From positions 1 to 45,888 of IMG/VR virus record IMGVR_UViG_3300010052_000193: a stretch of 45,888 nt of DNA; one strand, 5' to 3'. Below, one piece after another: positions 18,668 through 28,559 of this stretch; the stretch's first letter is position 1, and every line of letters starts with the position of its first letter. A program made the position numbers and the translations under genes. A model generated the notes under the pieces. The model was not told the origin of the DNA. It saw only the letters and a list, made by a program, of their open reading frames with translations, and did not search any database. This DNA is from a virus (Duplodnaviria > Caudoviricetes).

Positions 18668-19360
18668 ATGTCGATGAGAACCCTCAAGGTCATCGTTCTC
18701 GCGTGTGCTATCAGCCTAGGGGCCTTGCCGACTCAGGGGGCCTTGATCACCGACCTGCACAGCACGGGCGTGAGCAAGAGCGAGCACATCGTGCTTTTCA
18801 ACGGCACGACCGACCCGAACTACGTCGTGGTTTCGAGTCCCAGAGGTGCGGGGAACGCCTACGCAATCAACCCGCAGCCGTTCCAGTTTCCTTCAGGCTG
18901 GGTGCCGAGCGATCCCCCGGGCTCGACCGGAGGCTCGGCCTGGATCAGCGGCCCAAGGTCGCCTCTCGATGGATTCGCCTCGAATGGGACGTACCAATAC
19001 CGAACGCTCTTCACGATCGCGTCGGGCTTCGATCCGGAAACCGCCGTGATTTTCGGGAAGGTCGCCAGCGCGGACCGAGTGCGGATCATGCTCAACGACG
19101 TACAAGTATTCCTCGGCGACGGGGCCGCGAGCTTCGATTCGTTCGGCGTGTTCGACTACTTCAAGTCGGGCACGAACACGCTGGACTTCTTCGTCCAGCA
19201 CGTCTCAGTCTCTGGCATCGGCCCGCAAGGCCTAAGGGTGGAAATGCGGGGGACAGCATATGTGCCTGAGCCGGCGAGCCTGTGGTCGATCTTCGTAGGC
19301 ATGTCCGTCGTAATCGGTTTTGCTCGGCACCGGGCGAGGTCGTCCGGGCTTCGGAAATAG
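18668..19360 (+). CDS. PEP-CTERM (VPEP) sorted surface protein, moron
   Basis: Signal peptide; AWIS..., YQYRTLFTI, GTNTLDFFV, PQGLRVE; C-terminal VPEP + hydrophobic helix + RHRAR. Confidence 0.85.
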   Translation: MSMRTLKVIVLACAISLGALPTQGALITDLHSTGVSKSEHIVLFNGTTDPNYVVVSSPRGAGNAYAINPQPFQFPSGWVPSDPPGSTGGSAWISGPRSPLDGFASNGTYQYRTLFTIASGFDPETAVIFGKVASADRVRIMLNDVQVFLGDGAASFDSFGVFDYFKSGTNTLDFFVQHVSVSGIGPQGLRVEMRGTAYVPEPASLWSIFVGMSVVIGFARHRARSSGLRK

Positions 19361-19377
19361 TCGGTGGAGCAAGTGAT

Positions 19378-19692
19378 TCAGTTGTCGCTGGGCTGGCACT
19401 TCAGGAGTTCCAACTGCCGCCGGCCGTCGCCGATCGCTCGCCGGATCGTCCGCATCCACGAGCGAGGGCTGTCGTTCGACCACAGGTTGATTTCAGAGAA
19501 GACGTGGCCGTCGAGCACGACCCGGATGTCGCCGTCGTCCCCGCGCAACGCGAAGACCGAGACGCTGATTTCCAGGTCGCGGTTCTCGGCCTCGACCTTC
19601 GTCTGGATCTTCCTCAGCGAGCGGATCGCGGTCTGGATCAGCGATCGGTTGACTTCAACGACTACGGCGTCTTCCATGGGGTCGGTCGTCAT
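19378..19692 (-). CDS. Hypothetical protein (104 aa)
   Basis: AAGGAGA RBS upstream of ATG. Confidence 0.65.
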   Translation of the reverse strand: MTTDPMEDAVVVEVNRSLIQTAIRSLRKIQTKVEAENRDLEISVSVFALRGDDGDIRVVLDGHVFSEINLWSNDSPRSWMRTIRRAIGDGRRQLELLKCQPSDN

Positions 19693-20070
19693 AGGTGCAT
19701 TCTCCTTAATGTTTACCTACACGTGTAGGAATTAGGGGTTCGAGTTCTGGTGAAAAACATGCAAGCCCATGGTCGCGATCTGGGCAATCTACATGCATGC
19801 ACAATATTGGGGGCCTATGGGTAGTCTGGGCAGGCTGCCGCCTTGGCATAGGTGCATAGGTGCAGGGCGGCCCTATTCGCCCCCAGGATCGATTGCGTGG
19901 CCAGATGCGTGGTCGGCTCGACCTTGGCGAGTCGATCGCTCCTGGGTCGTCCTGGGGCGTTGTGGCGTGCGTCGGGCGGGACATGGTGGCGTTTGGCCAT
20001 CTTCCCCAGCGTGTGGGGAGGACTGTGTCGCTTGACGGCCTGCCAGAGATCGTATCGCATGGTCGTCCCC

Positions 20071-20403
20071 TTACGTGTTGCCGTGCTCAAGGAAGAAGTT
20101 GACCGCTCGGCCGACTGCACGATCCCATTGGGTGGAACCCCATCCGAGGTACTCGCGGCCCTCGTTCGTCGAGGCGATGGCTTCGAGCGTCTTGCCCTGG
20201 AACTTACCGAACGGCATGGTGAACGCCCTGGCTCGCTCGATGGTCATCTCCATCGGTGCCAGCGATCCATCAGGCCGTCGTTGCTGGGGCTCGCGCGGGT
20301 ATGACGCGGGGCGGCTGACCGACTCGGGTGCGGGCATGACGCGGATCGGCCGGTGGCAGTGCGGGCAGTCGAAGGCGTGCCCGTCTTGGGGGGCGTTGGA
20401 CAT
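20071..20403 (-). CDS. DUF3820/QSregVF-like protein with N-terminal CxxC
   Basis: MPFGKFQGKTLEAI...YLGW motif; GGAG RBS. Confidence 0.7.
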   Translation of the reverse strand: MSNAPQDGHAFDCPHCHRPIRVMPAPESVSRPASYPREPQQRRPDGSLAPMEMTIERARAFTMPFGKFQGKTLEAIASTNEGREYLGWGSTQWDRAVGRAVNFFLEHGNT

Positions 20404-20448
20404 GGTGTGACTCCATTCGAGGTGGGACGTGATCTAGGCGGGTAAGGC

Positions 20449-20787
20449 TCAGACTGGTCGGTAGGCGCGTGAGGCGGGATCGTAGACATAGCGGTCGCCG
20501 ACATGCCAGAACGCCTCGCGTTCGGAGTCTTGCCAGGACAGGCCGGCGTCTTGTTTGGCATTGGCCAGCTCGCCCCACTGCTGCCGCATCTCGGTCGTCC
20601 AGTGGCTGACGACCTCGCGCCAAGCGTGGGGCTGCATCGGGCGAGGGGCGGCGTCGTCACGAGGAAGGGACGGTGCCTGGGGAATTAAGTCGCATTTAGT
20701 AGCAAGGTCGCGAGACGCTCCCACGGGGGACGCTTCCTTGCTGCCGCAGTCATCCAGGCTTGCCCAAGCTAACTCAAAGAGAGTCAT
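20449..20787 (-). CDS. Hypothetical replication-region protein
   Basis: AAGGAGAAGAAGG upstream; W-rich helical C-terminus. Confidence 0.55.
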   Translation of the reverse strand: MTLFELAWASLDDCGSKEASPVGASRDLATKCDLIPQAPSLPRDDAAPRPMQPHAWREVVSHWTTEMRQQWGELANAKQDAGLSWQDSEREAFWHVGDRYVYDPASRAYRPV

Positions 20788-20965
20788 CCTTCTTCTCCTT
20801 TGGACTTAAGCTACTTAATGCGACCTAATTCGAGTCCATGCGGTAAAACACAGGGAAAATCGCCTGGGGAATTAAGTCGCAGTCGGGGTGAGGGAGTGCG
20901 ACCTAATTCGCCTCTACCGCCGTTCGATGGGCGAATTAGGTCGCACGACGAGGATTTAAGTCGCA
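20675..20965. repeat. Iteron-like cluster, six copies of GA(A/T)TTA(A/G)GTCGCA; putative phage origin
   Basis: Copies at 20682(+), 20819(-), 20869(+), 20897(-), 20933(+), 20953(+); 20-bp direct repeat at 20675 and 20862; perfect 16-bp IR 20896-20911/20931-20946. Confidence 0.8.
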
Positions 20966-20966
20966 T

Positions 20967-23315
20967 TCAGTTTTGCGACGGCTGAGTCTGGCCCGAACCC
21001 CTGCCGATGAACCACCGCTCGGCAGGTCGGCCTCGACCCGTCGACTCGGTCCTGGAGTGGACGGCCCCGCGGGTCAGCAGGTTGCCGAGGACGTCGGCAA
21101 TAGCCTTCGCCTTAAGATGGCGGCCGAAGACGTCGTGATTGATCTGCCCCCGCGTCAGCCCATCCGACGCCCCCTTGAGGGCTGCGATCAGCTTAGCCTC
21201 GTTGGGATCGGGGACGGCCGCACCGAACACGTACTCGATCGTCTGGTTGACGTAGTCCAGCAACGCGAGCGACGCCATGAGATGCTGGACGCCGACGACG
21301 GCGGTTTGATCCAGGAGGGCGTAGACGCAAGACAACCGCTTGCAATAGGCTTCCGACCTCGCCGCCATGACGTGCCGCTGATCGGAAGACAGCTCGTGAT
21401 AGATGTCCCGCCAGACGCGGCGGAACTCGTCGTCGAAGGTCATGCGGTGGTCGCCCAGGCCGACCGCGAAGTCCCGCGCACGTCGCATGCCGTCGAAGAT
21501 CTGGCGAAGGTCGAGATCGAGCATGTTGCCGCCGTCGGGCAACTCCTTGGATCGCCTCGCCGCGACCCACAGAAAGCGGTTGCCGAAACCGTTCAGCATG
21601 TCGGTCTCGCTCAAGCACTTGCGGATATCCGCCCGCGTAATGTGGCCGACGACTGATACGTGTGCGTCGGTGGCGACGTTGCCGTTGTGCTTTGAGAGGT
21701 TCCCGATTCGCTTCTTGCCGTCGAAGGTTTGCCGTAGGGTCTCGGACAGCGTGTTGGTGACGTGCCCCGACATCTTCGGGACCTTGGCGAACTCGGTTTC
21801 GATCAGGTACAGCCGCTTATCCACGATGCCCTCGTCGACCAGGATCAGCTCGTCGCGAGGATGCCCCTTGCGGATCTCCTCGCTGGTCGGCGGGCGATAC
21901 TTCGGATCTCGGACCAGGCTGATCAAGCCCTCGCCGGTCGTCAGGCCGTTCCGGCAGCAGTTCATCTGCCAATGAGGGTCGACGTTACCGAGGCAGAATT
22001 CGGCGTCGTCGCCGGACGTCCCCTTCCTGCCTACGGCCGTGGCACCTACCACGACGGCGTTGACCACCAAGGGATGACGAGTTGACGAGACGACGAAGTG
22101 CGGCCCCCGGCCGACAAGATTGCCGAAACCGGTGAGCACTTGCACAAGCGTCGCCACCGGGTCGGCCTCGGTCTCCGGAGCAACCGACCGGACGAAATCG
22201 CCGGCAAAACCGTGATACATGGCCGGGTTCACCTTCGGCCACCTGTCGACGACCTCGACGTCCTCGACGTCCTCGTCGGCGACGACTTCGATGACGGACG
22301 TCTCTTCGGCTTTGCCCACCGCCTGCCGCCTCGGCGTCCAATCCGGGCGGTCGGCGTTCAGGAGGCTGAGCGACGGTGCCGGGTTCTTCTCGATAGCACT
22401 GTTGAGCTTGTGCCGGATCTGATGGTCCGACTCTGGCGGGACGGCCTTCGCCTGGTTGTACTCGACCATGACCGGGTAGGCTTCGCCGAACGAAAGCCCG
22501 AACCCGTCTACGAGCACGCAGGCCGCATGATAGAGACGGTCGTGACCGCGACTGCCCTCGACGGCGGCCGGGAACCCGGCCGACATGAGGTAGGCTCTCG
22601 CCCGGTCGGCGGCTCCGGGCCTGCCGGGGGAGTCCGGAAGCCGCATCGGGATGACGACGGGCACCGGACTCGGCTCGGCTTGAGCCGGCTTCGCCAGGGC
22701 GATCTTCCGAAGGTTCTCGATCGCCGCCGTGGGTAGTTTCGCCAGCGTCCTGACGCCGTTCCACCTCCGTGGATTGCCGTCCGTCCCGACCGTCGGCGGG
22801 CAAGCGGAGTGGACCTGCTTGACCGCACCGTCGGGCTTGTAGCCGCCGATGCGGAACTCCAGGTCGGGGAACTCCGGGAGCTTCCACACGCCGCTCTTGC
22901 CGTGGCCTTTGCCCTCGGTCGCCCCGGCGGCCATCATGCCGTCCAGGAAGTCGTCGTCGGCCACGAACAGGTTGTGAGACCCGCGAACGGAGTCCCAGCC
23001 GGTCGTCTCGACGATCTCGCCGTCGAACAGCTTGGCGAGCGAGTCGAACGCCTGGGGGCCGTCGCCTTCCAGGTCGATCAGCCAGCCGCCGCCCGGAGCC
23101 CTTCCGGGTCCAAGGACGATGCCGACGCCGGCCGTCGGGTATGAGCGGAAGAGGGCGTCAACCTCCCCGAGGGACTTACGTTTCTCGCCCCAGTTGTTGC
23201 CGATCGGCCGTTTCTCGCCGGGGTGGGTGACAGTCGGCCAGTAGCCGCGATCGAGGAGACGCAGGGCCGTTGATTCGGCCGAGTCGCGCGGGGGCATCGA
23301 AGGTGCGGTGCTCAA
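20967..23315 (-). CDS. Bifunctional primase-polymerase fused to a DUF3987-type helicase
   Basis: TTG start after GGAGGTG; GEKRP, IDLE, H, CPPT prim-pol motifs; GATAVGRKGTS Walker A-like; NGFGNRFL; C-terminal GRGRP wHTH. Confidence 0.85.
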   Translation of the reverse strand: MSTAPSMPPRDSAESTALRLLDRGYWPTVTHPGEKRPIGNNWGEKRKSLGEVDALFRSYPTAGVGIVLGPGRAPGGGWLIDLEGDGPQAFDSLAKLFDGEIVETTGWDSVRGSHNLFVADDDFLDGMMAAGATEGKGHGKSGVWKLPEFPDLEFRIGGYKPDGAVKQVHSACPPTVGTDGNPRRWNGVRTLAKLPTAAIENLRKIALAKPAQAEPSPVPVVIPMRLPDSPGRPGAADRARAYLMSAGFPAAVEGSRGHDRLYHAACVLVDGFGLSFGEAYPVMVEYNQAKAVPPESDHQIRHKLNSAIEKNPAPSLSLLNADRPDWTPRRQAVGKAEETSVIEVVADEDVEDVEVVDRWPKVNPAMYHGFAGDFVRSVAPETEADPVATLVQVLTGFGNLVGRGPHFVVSSTRHPLVVNAVVVGATAVGRKGTSGDDAEFCLGNVDPHWQMNCCRNGLTTGEGLISLVRDPKYRPPTSEEIRKGHPRDELILVDEGIVDKRLYLIETEFAKVPKMSGHVTNTLSETLRQTFDGKKRIGNLSKHNGNVATDAHVSVVGHITRADIRKCLSETDMLNGFGNRFLWVAARRSKELPDGGNMLDLDLRQIFDGMRRARDFAVGLGDHRMTFDDEFRRVWRDIYHELSSDQRHVMAARSEAYCKRLSCVYALLDQTAVVGVQHLMASLALLDYVNQTIEYVFGAAVPDPNEAKLIAALKGASDGLTRGQINHDVFGRHLKAKAIADVLGNLLTRGAVHSRTESTGRGRPAERWFIGRGSGQTQPSQN

Positions 23316-23539
23316 AGGACACCTCCCCTCGCCGGCCCGTAGCCGCATTCGCAGGTCGCGCAATAGGGCACGGATTTCTTGCCTCGGATGGGCACTTTAG
23401 AAGTGCTGGGCGTGCCGCAGATCGGGCACGTTTGGAGAGGGGCAGGCTTATCGGCGGGAGCCGCATCGGACGCGGCGTCATAATTCGAAATGAACGTACG
23501 TTGGCCTTGACTGGCCGTCTCTCGTGATGTAAACTTCAT
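23312..23539 (-). CDS. Small Zn-ribbon protein (75 aa)
   Basis: CPIC and CATC; stop overlaps the primase start. Confidence 0.5.
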   Translation of the reverse strand: MKFTSRETASQGQRTFISNYDAASDAAPADKPAPLQTCPICGTPSTSKVPIRGKKSVPYCATCECGYGPARGGVL

Positions 23540-23823
23540 ATCAAGTGAAGGATCTCGATGCGTGCCGGGTGCCTACCCCGGCGTATGGCCAAGACGACGG
23601 TTCGGTGCTACGAACACCGGCCGTCGCACCGCCTCAAGGGCGGCCAAGTGCCAGATCCAAGGACGATCAAAGACCGACCTCGGCCGCTTCAACGGTCGGG
23701 GTCGTTTCTTTTCGCCATGCCCTCGATCGCATAAAGGCGGGCACGACCTTCTATCACGGGCCGATCACCTCCCGGCCCGGCCGACTTCCAGCATCGGCTG
23801 CTGCGTTGCGCGGGGGCCTGGCC

Positions 23824-24456
23824 TCAGATGTACAAGCCGAGACCACGTCCTGCACGCTTGGCTCGTGCTCGTAGTCGCTTCTTCTGAGACTCGGTCAACT
23901 TGTCGACGTCGACGAGTTTGGTTACCCCGGTCTCTAGTCCCCAACGATCGATTGACTCGGGATCAAAGCCCCAATAGTCCATGATTTCGTCGGCGAAGTA
24001 CTCGATATCAAACGAGTCCAGCACGTGCATGTCCTCGCCACTTGCCCACTGGTACACGTGTGCCAATTCGTGTGCGATCAGATCCTGGACGACGTCATCC
24101 GGCATCTTTTCGACGCGGCGACTAGCGAACCGAATGATGTGCCCACCGCACCGCACATAGCCGACGTCGCCCGGCTCCTTGCCGCTCCAATCGGAGGCGT
24201 ACTCGATATCCGGTGATAGGAGCACACCCGTGGATCTGACATCGTTGGATTTCCAAAGCTTGAGGATCGCCCGGCGGGCATTTAGCGGCAATCGATCCCA
24301 TGTCTCCCGGAACAAATGTGCGAACCTGGCACCACCTGAAGCGTAGGCCCGGAGATATACGGCGTGCCTAGGGGCGAGGGGATGATGGTCGCCCCGCTTC
24401 ACGCCCGGCTTTACGAACTGATCGAGAATTTGCCTCTTGCTGATCATCTCGTTCAC
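23824..24456 (-). CDS. HExxH zinc metallopeptidase-like protein (ImmA/IrrE/SprT-like)
   Basis: LIAHELAHVY followed by E..AD..M..WGF; GGAGG RBS. Confidence 0.7.
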   Translation of the reverse strand: MNEMISKRQILDQFVKPGVKRGDHHPLAPRHAVYLRAYASGGARFAHLFRETWDRLPLNARRAILKLWKSNDVRSTGVLLSPDIEYASDWSGKEPGDVGYVRCGGHIIRFASRRVEKMPDDVVQDLIAHELAHVYQWASGEDMHVLDSFDIEYFADEIMDYWGFDPESIDRWGLETGVTKLVDVDKLTESQKKRLRARAKRAGRGLGLYI

Positions 24457-24477
24457 GATCTCCTCCCCACTTATGGA

Positions 24478-24672
24478 TTACTTGGCTACCCGAATCACGT
24501 CTTCCAACCGATAGACGGGTCGCTCGCCCGGGTCGATGCGATACTCGATCGCCCCGCACAGGGCTAACCGATAGATCCGCGACGGGGCACACCCGGCTAC
24601 CTCCGTCGCCCGGCGTATGCCGATGAACTCGTCGACCTGCGCCATTGGCTTGTCATGAATCGCGATGGACAA
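24478..24672 (-). CDS. Small MerR/excisionase-like HTH protein
   Basis: IGIRRATEVAGCAPSRIYRLA..G.I......RPVYRLEDV. Confidence 0.6.
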   Translation of the reverse strand: MSIAIHDKPMAQVDEFIGIRRATEVAGCAPSRIYRLALCGAIEYRIDPGERPVYRLEDVIRVAK

Positions 24673-25346
24673 TTGCGGTAACCTCCGTGGTAAAAAAAAG
24701 AGTGATGCAATGCGTGTTTCTACAATAACAAACCCTTTTTGCGAGTTTCGTCGCGAAATTCGACGTAAGTCCTTATTTTACGTCGGATTATTCTTGCACT
24801 TACGGCATGAACGAAAAATATTATTATACGCAAGTTGTTACGCATCAATGTCAAGCGTTGCTCCACGAAAATAATTCTCGACGCAAGTCAGATTTTCGCT
24901 TTCTTGGAGCATGAATGTTATTTTGCGAAACCATATAGGAATAGTTGGCAATCGGATTCGGTCGTCCAGTCCAGGAGGTGGACGTGATCGATCGTCCAGG
25001 GGAATATATCTACATGATCCGGCGATCGGGCCGGGAATCGTCAAATTTTTGTTGAACGCGGCCATGCGTACACCTTATATGCACGCACGGTGCCAAACAC
25101 GATAAATCGCATGCTGACGCATGTTGGCGTACGGTTGCGTAATCTTCGGTTTGCCACTTTAGCAGGAGAATGCCGATAAGGCAGGCGATCGTGTCAGATC
25201 GTGCGGCATGAAGTGAACGCGGCCGTTCGAGGCCGATAAATTCATTCTACCATGCAATGTGGTCGCCTGTATAGTTCAATCTGGCGATGTTTATAAATAT
25301 CAACACCCCGACCAGTTTCCCGGCCGGGGCGTCGCGGGGCCTGGTG

Positions 25347-25595
25347 TCACCCGATCGTTAGCGGAACTTCGTGATCGCCGTACCCGACGTCTAGCGAGTA
25401 TGTCTCGTCGCCATCCGCACGAACACTGCTGGTCCATAGGTTCAGGCCGCAGTCCATCAGCAGGTAACGGACCAGTCTGGCCAGCTCCTCCTTGTCCTTG
25501 GGCGTGTGGAGCCTCGCGATCAGAGGGCGCTTCAGTGCGGCCTCGGCATCGCTGTCCTGGTCCTTGATCACGCTGCTCAAATTCCTGTCGTCCAT
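25347..25595 (-). CDS. Hypothetical protein (82 aa)
   Basis: GGAG RBS; protein-like composition. Confidence 0.6.
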   Translation of the reverse strand: MDDRNLSSVIKDQDSDAEAALKRPLIARLHTPKDKEELARLVRYLLMDCGLNLWTSSVRADGDETYSLDVGYGDHEVPLTIG

Positions 25596-25846
25596 CGTCT
25601 GTCTCCAGTCTTGGTTGGCCGAAGCGACGTGCTCGGCCTGGTGGTATCCGCGGAATCCTAGATCGCGCCGCCTCTCATGTCAAACATGCAGCATATTTTG
25701 ATTTAATGCCGCAAAAATCTGCCGCAAATCCGCGATCCCTCGCTAAGCCCGGCCCCCTTCCCTGGAGGCCGGCAGTGCCCTTGGCCCAGCAATTCGTCGC
25801 TGTCTCCTCGTGGTTCGCGGTCGCGTCTCTCGTGCCCGACAAACCA

Positions 25847-25875
25847 AATGTAGTCATTCGCTACCAGGATGTCAA
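25847..25875 (-). promoter_or_regulatory. Leftward sigma70-type promoter
   Basis: TTGACA-N17-TACATT on the minus strand. Confidence 0.7.
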
Positions 25876-25898
25876 ATCAGTCGTCCGATTTTTGTCGC

Positions 25899-25928
25899 TT
25901 TACGCTACCTTGTCCACCAGCCTATAAT
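25899..25928 (+). promoter_or_regulatory. Rightward sigma70-type promoter
   Basis: TTTACG-N18-TATAAT upstream of the repressor-like gene. Confidence 0.55.
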
Positions 25929-25973
25929 GTGGTGGCGGTCGCACGAGACGGGTATACTGCACCAAGTTGAGGA

Positions 25974-26237
25974 ATGGTGATGAACGCTACGTTGGAGCGA
26001 GTCGTGGCTAAGCAAGTCGAACGCAAAGACCGGCCGGTGCGGCTGTCCGAGGCCGCGATCCAATGGGCTCGCATCGCCTCGGGTTACACCGGGGAGTCGA
26101 TGGCCGAGTACGTGAGCCGAGTCGTCGCCGAGCGAGGCAAGGCCGACGCAGAAGAGATGCATGCCAAGCTGACGGCCGAATCTACGGCCGAGACGACGAA
26201 GGCGAAGAAGGGCGGGGCGAAGTCGGACGGGAAATAA
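25974..26237 (+). CDS. Ribbon-helix-helix-like small regulator, candidate repressor (start may be 25980)
   Basis: RPVRLSE...ARIASGY.GESMAEYVSRVV pattern; first gene from the divergent promoter. Confidence 0.6.
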   Translation: MVMNATLERVVAKQVERKDRPVRLSEAAIQWARIASGYTGESMAEYVSRVVAERGKADAEEMHAKLTAESTAETTKAKKGGAKSDGK

Positions 26238-26250
26238 GGAGGAATGCCCA

Positions 26251-26832
26251 GTGGAAGTGGATAAAGAACAAATAGCCATGCATGAGGCAGGACACGCCGT
26301 CTTGCAGTGGTTCGTGGGTTGGAAAGTTCACGGGCTTGTCATGCAGGTTCGAGGTACGAAGTCTACAGAGGCATATGCTGAGTGCCCTTGTCCTTCCACC
26401 GACACGCTCTCGGATATTAGGAAACGGCTACTTGTGCTCCACGCTGGAACGGCAGCGACGTGGGCTCGATGGCCTGGGCGCTACAACAATGCAAAGGACT
26501 GGGTCGACATTTACGCGGACGTAGCGACTCGTCTCAGACGCGAAGTCCTTCGAGACCTGAGTGACGATCAACCAACTCAGGATGCCGAGGCGAACCTCTT
26601 GATCGAGTCGGCGAGGAACCTATGCGATGTTCTCGCAAAGGACTCTCGCATCAGAGCTGCGATCGATCAGGTAGCAAAGGAATTCGACAAGACCCAGGCC
26701 GATTTTGAAGGCTATGTTCGATTTCAAGCTGAGAGGATAATCGCGATCTGCGAGTCGACGATCGGCGAAAAGTTTCGTGCACAGAACCCCTGGTCAAGTT
26801 GGCTCGCCGGGGGGGTAGGCAAAGAGGTTTGA
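26251..26832 (+). CDS. HExxH metallopeptidase-like protein (M41/M50-like)
   Basis: AMHEAGHAV, LLVLHAG.AA and D motifs; AAGGAGGA RBS. Confidence 0.7.
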   Translation: MEVDKEQIAMHEAGHAVLQWFVGWKVHGLVMQVRGTKSTEAYAECPCPSTDTLSDIRKRLLVLHAGTAATWARWPGRYNNAKDWVDIYADVATRLRREVLRDLSDDQPTQDAEANLLIESARNLCDVLAKDSRIRAAIDQVAKEFDKTQADFEGYVRFQAERIIAICESTIGEKFRAQNPWSSWLAGGVGKEV

Positions 26833-26843
26833 ACCCCGACAAT

Positions 26844-27245
26844 TCAAGGCTGTTGATAGCCTCTCACCAATAAGGCTGGGTAGAAGCAATCACTGTAATC
26901 GCCTCGATTTGGATTTCTCTCAAACCCGTCGAAGTTAGGCGAATTCACCCAACTGCCGCTAACGTAAAGATCGAGCCCATCGGCTCTCTTGATTACGTAG
27001 AGTGGTCGATCTGCTGGTAGCGGCATCGATTCATTCTGCCATTCGACGGGGGCGGTCGGATCGATCCAAACGCGCCACTGCCTGTCGACGTAGACGGCAT
27101 CAACAGTTATCGACCCAGCCCCTCCGGATTGAAGATCCTTCACGAGCTTAGGTTTCTCCGGCTCCTTTCTACGAAGTTTCTCAGGCAACTCAACGGCCTT
27201 GATTTCAGCTGTGCCACGGATCGGATCGTTGGTGACGTTCGACAC
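26844..27245 (-). CDS. Hypothetical moron protein (133 aa)
   Basis: Lower-GC ORF converging on the upstream gene. Confidence 0.55.
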   Translation of the reverse strand: MSNVTNDPIRGTAEIKAVELPEKLRRKEPEKPKLVKDLQSGGAGSITVDAVYVDRQWRVWIDPTAPVEWQNESMPLPADRPLYVIKRADGLDLYVSGSWVNSPNFDGFERNPNRGDYSDCFYPALLVRGYQQP

Positions 27246-27348
27246 GGTTGAGCCCTCAAGAGTTTGCTAACACGACCTGATGCACGACACCGCATTCTCG
27301 TGCGGGCCGAAGGGCGGGTCAAGGATCAACTGGGTAGGAGTTCGACGT

Positions 27349-28557
27349 ATGTCGTGGCAGGAAGAACGCCTTAGCGACTGGAGTCATTTCACAACGCTGA
27401 TGGACCGCTTCCTCAGCGTCGGTGTGCCTTGGGAACGGCAATACCTCTTTCGAGGCCAATCGAACGCTTCCTGGAATAACTTGAAGCCCTCCATTGCACG
27501 ACTGCTTGGCAACGAATCGCTCGCACGAGTGCGCCTCGCGGAACAGGAATCGCTATCCATGTTTAAGCGACAGGCTCATAATTTTATCAACATGAATACG
27601 TTCGACGACTTAAAGGATCCACTTGAGTGGTGGCCAATTATGCAGCACTATCGTTCGCCAACGCGTTTACTCGACTGGACTGCGTCGGGATACGTAGCGG
27701 CTTACTTCGCTGCACGCGATCACTGGAATCACGATGGCGTGATATGGTGCTTCCATGCGAATTCGCTTCGCAATCTGATGGCCGAACGCTACCCAGGCAT
27801 GGGAGGCGACAACGTAAACAGCTGCTTCAAACTCAGTCACGACCAATTGTTCGGAAAAAATACTTCATCATATATTATGGCAATAAAAAATGAATATGAT
27901 GACAATCGCATGTATGCTCAACAAGGTGAATTTACGGTATGCCTAAATCCGTTAGCTGATCATGCAAAGCTTCTGACCGAGGCTCTGCACAACGACCACA
28001 AGCTTAGGCTAGTGAAGTGGATCATCCCGAAGGATCAGAAGCCAGGATTCTTAAGACGCCTGCTTAATATGAACATGGGAGCAAACACACTATTTCCCGG
28101 GATCGACGGGCTCGGTCAGTCGATCGAAGAACTTATGCGATTGCAGACTGCACCGCCGATTCGCGATCCATACGAATTCGTGGCGAGGGCGAACGACCCG
28201 GTCCCCCCGTGGAGGGTGACCATGGTTTACGGTGGGGATCTGATCTCTGATGTAGATCCTGTTGAGCAAGTTCAAGTGCGTTTCAGCGACCCCCTCGATC
28301 GTCCGCCCCTGGGGGATGACCCCGATCCACATGCGGCAATTCAAATCCAGTGTGTCCTCGGCGTTGTCCCTATCGAGGACTCTTCTACTACGGAAGGTCA
28401 TTCTGAAGCTCAACCGAAATATCGAAAACCGAAGAAGCTGCCTGGAACTAAACCGGCCACTGGCAATCCCTCCACTTCCGATACCACGCCGCTTCAGCCA
28501 AAGCGGCCATCTCGGAGACGACGTGGTTCCGGTCTCCCCGATCCGCCGCCTTCATGA
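27349..28557 (+). CDS. FRG domain protein
   Basis: LFRGQ, MQHYRSPTRLLDWT, AAYFA, RMYAQQGEF and TLFPGIDG motifs; AGGAG RBS; low GC. Confidence 0.9.
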   Translation: MSWQEERLSDWSHFTTLMDRFLSVGVPWERQYLFRGQSNASWNNLKPSIARLLGNESLARVRLAEQESLSMFKRQAHNFINMNTFDDLKDPLEWWPIMQHYRSPTRLLDWTASGYVAAYFAARDHWNHDGVIWCFHANSLRNLMAERYPGMGGDNVNSCFKLSHDQLFGKNTSSYIMAIKNEYDDNRMYAQQGEFTVCLNPLADHAKLLTEALHNDHKLRLVKWIIPKDQKPGFLRRLLNMNMGANTLFPGIDGLGQSIEELMRLQTAPPIRDPYEFVARANDPVPPWRVTMVYGGDLISDVDPVEQVQVRFSDPLDRPPLGDDPDPHAAIQIQCVLGVVPIEDSSTTEGHSEAQPKYRKPKKLPGTKPATGNPSTSDTTPLQPKRPSRRRRGSGLPDPPPS

Positions 28558-28559
28558 CC

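Noticed and set aside
19815-20060. Possible 81-aa minus-strand ORF (MRYDLWQAV...) and nearby ATAGGTGCA repeats
   Set aside because: It has an RBS but poor protein-like composition; the repeats are too short and few to interpret
20675-20965. CRISPR array
   Set aside because: Repeats are 13-20 bp, in mixed orientation and irregularly spaced; no cas genes
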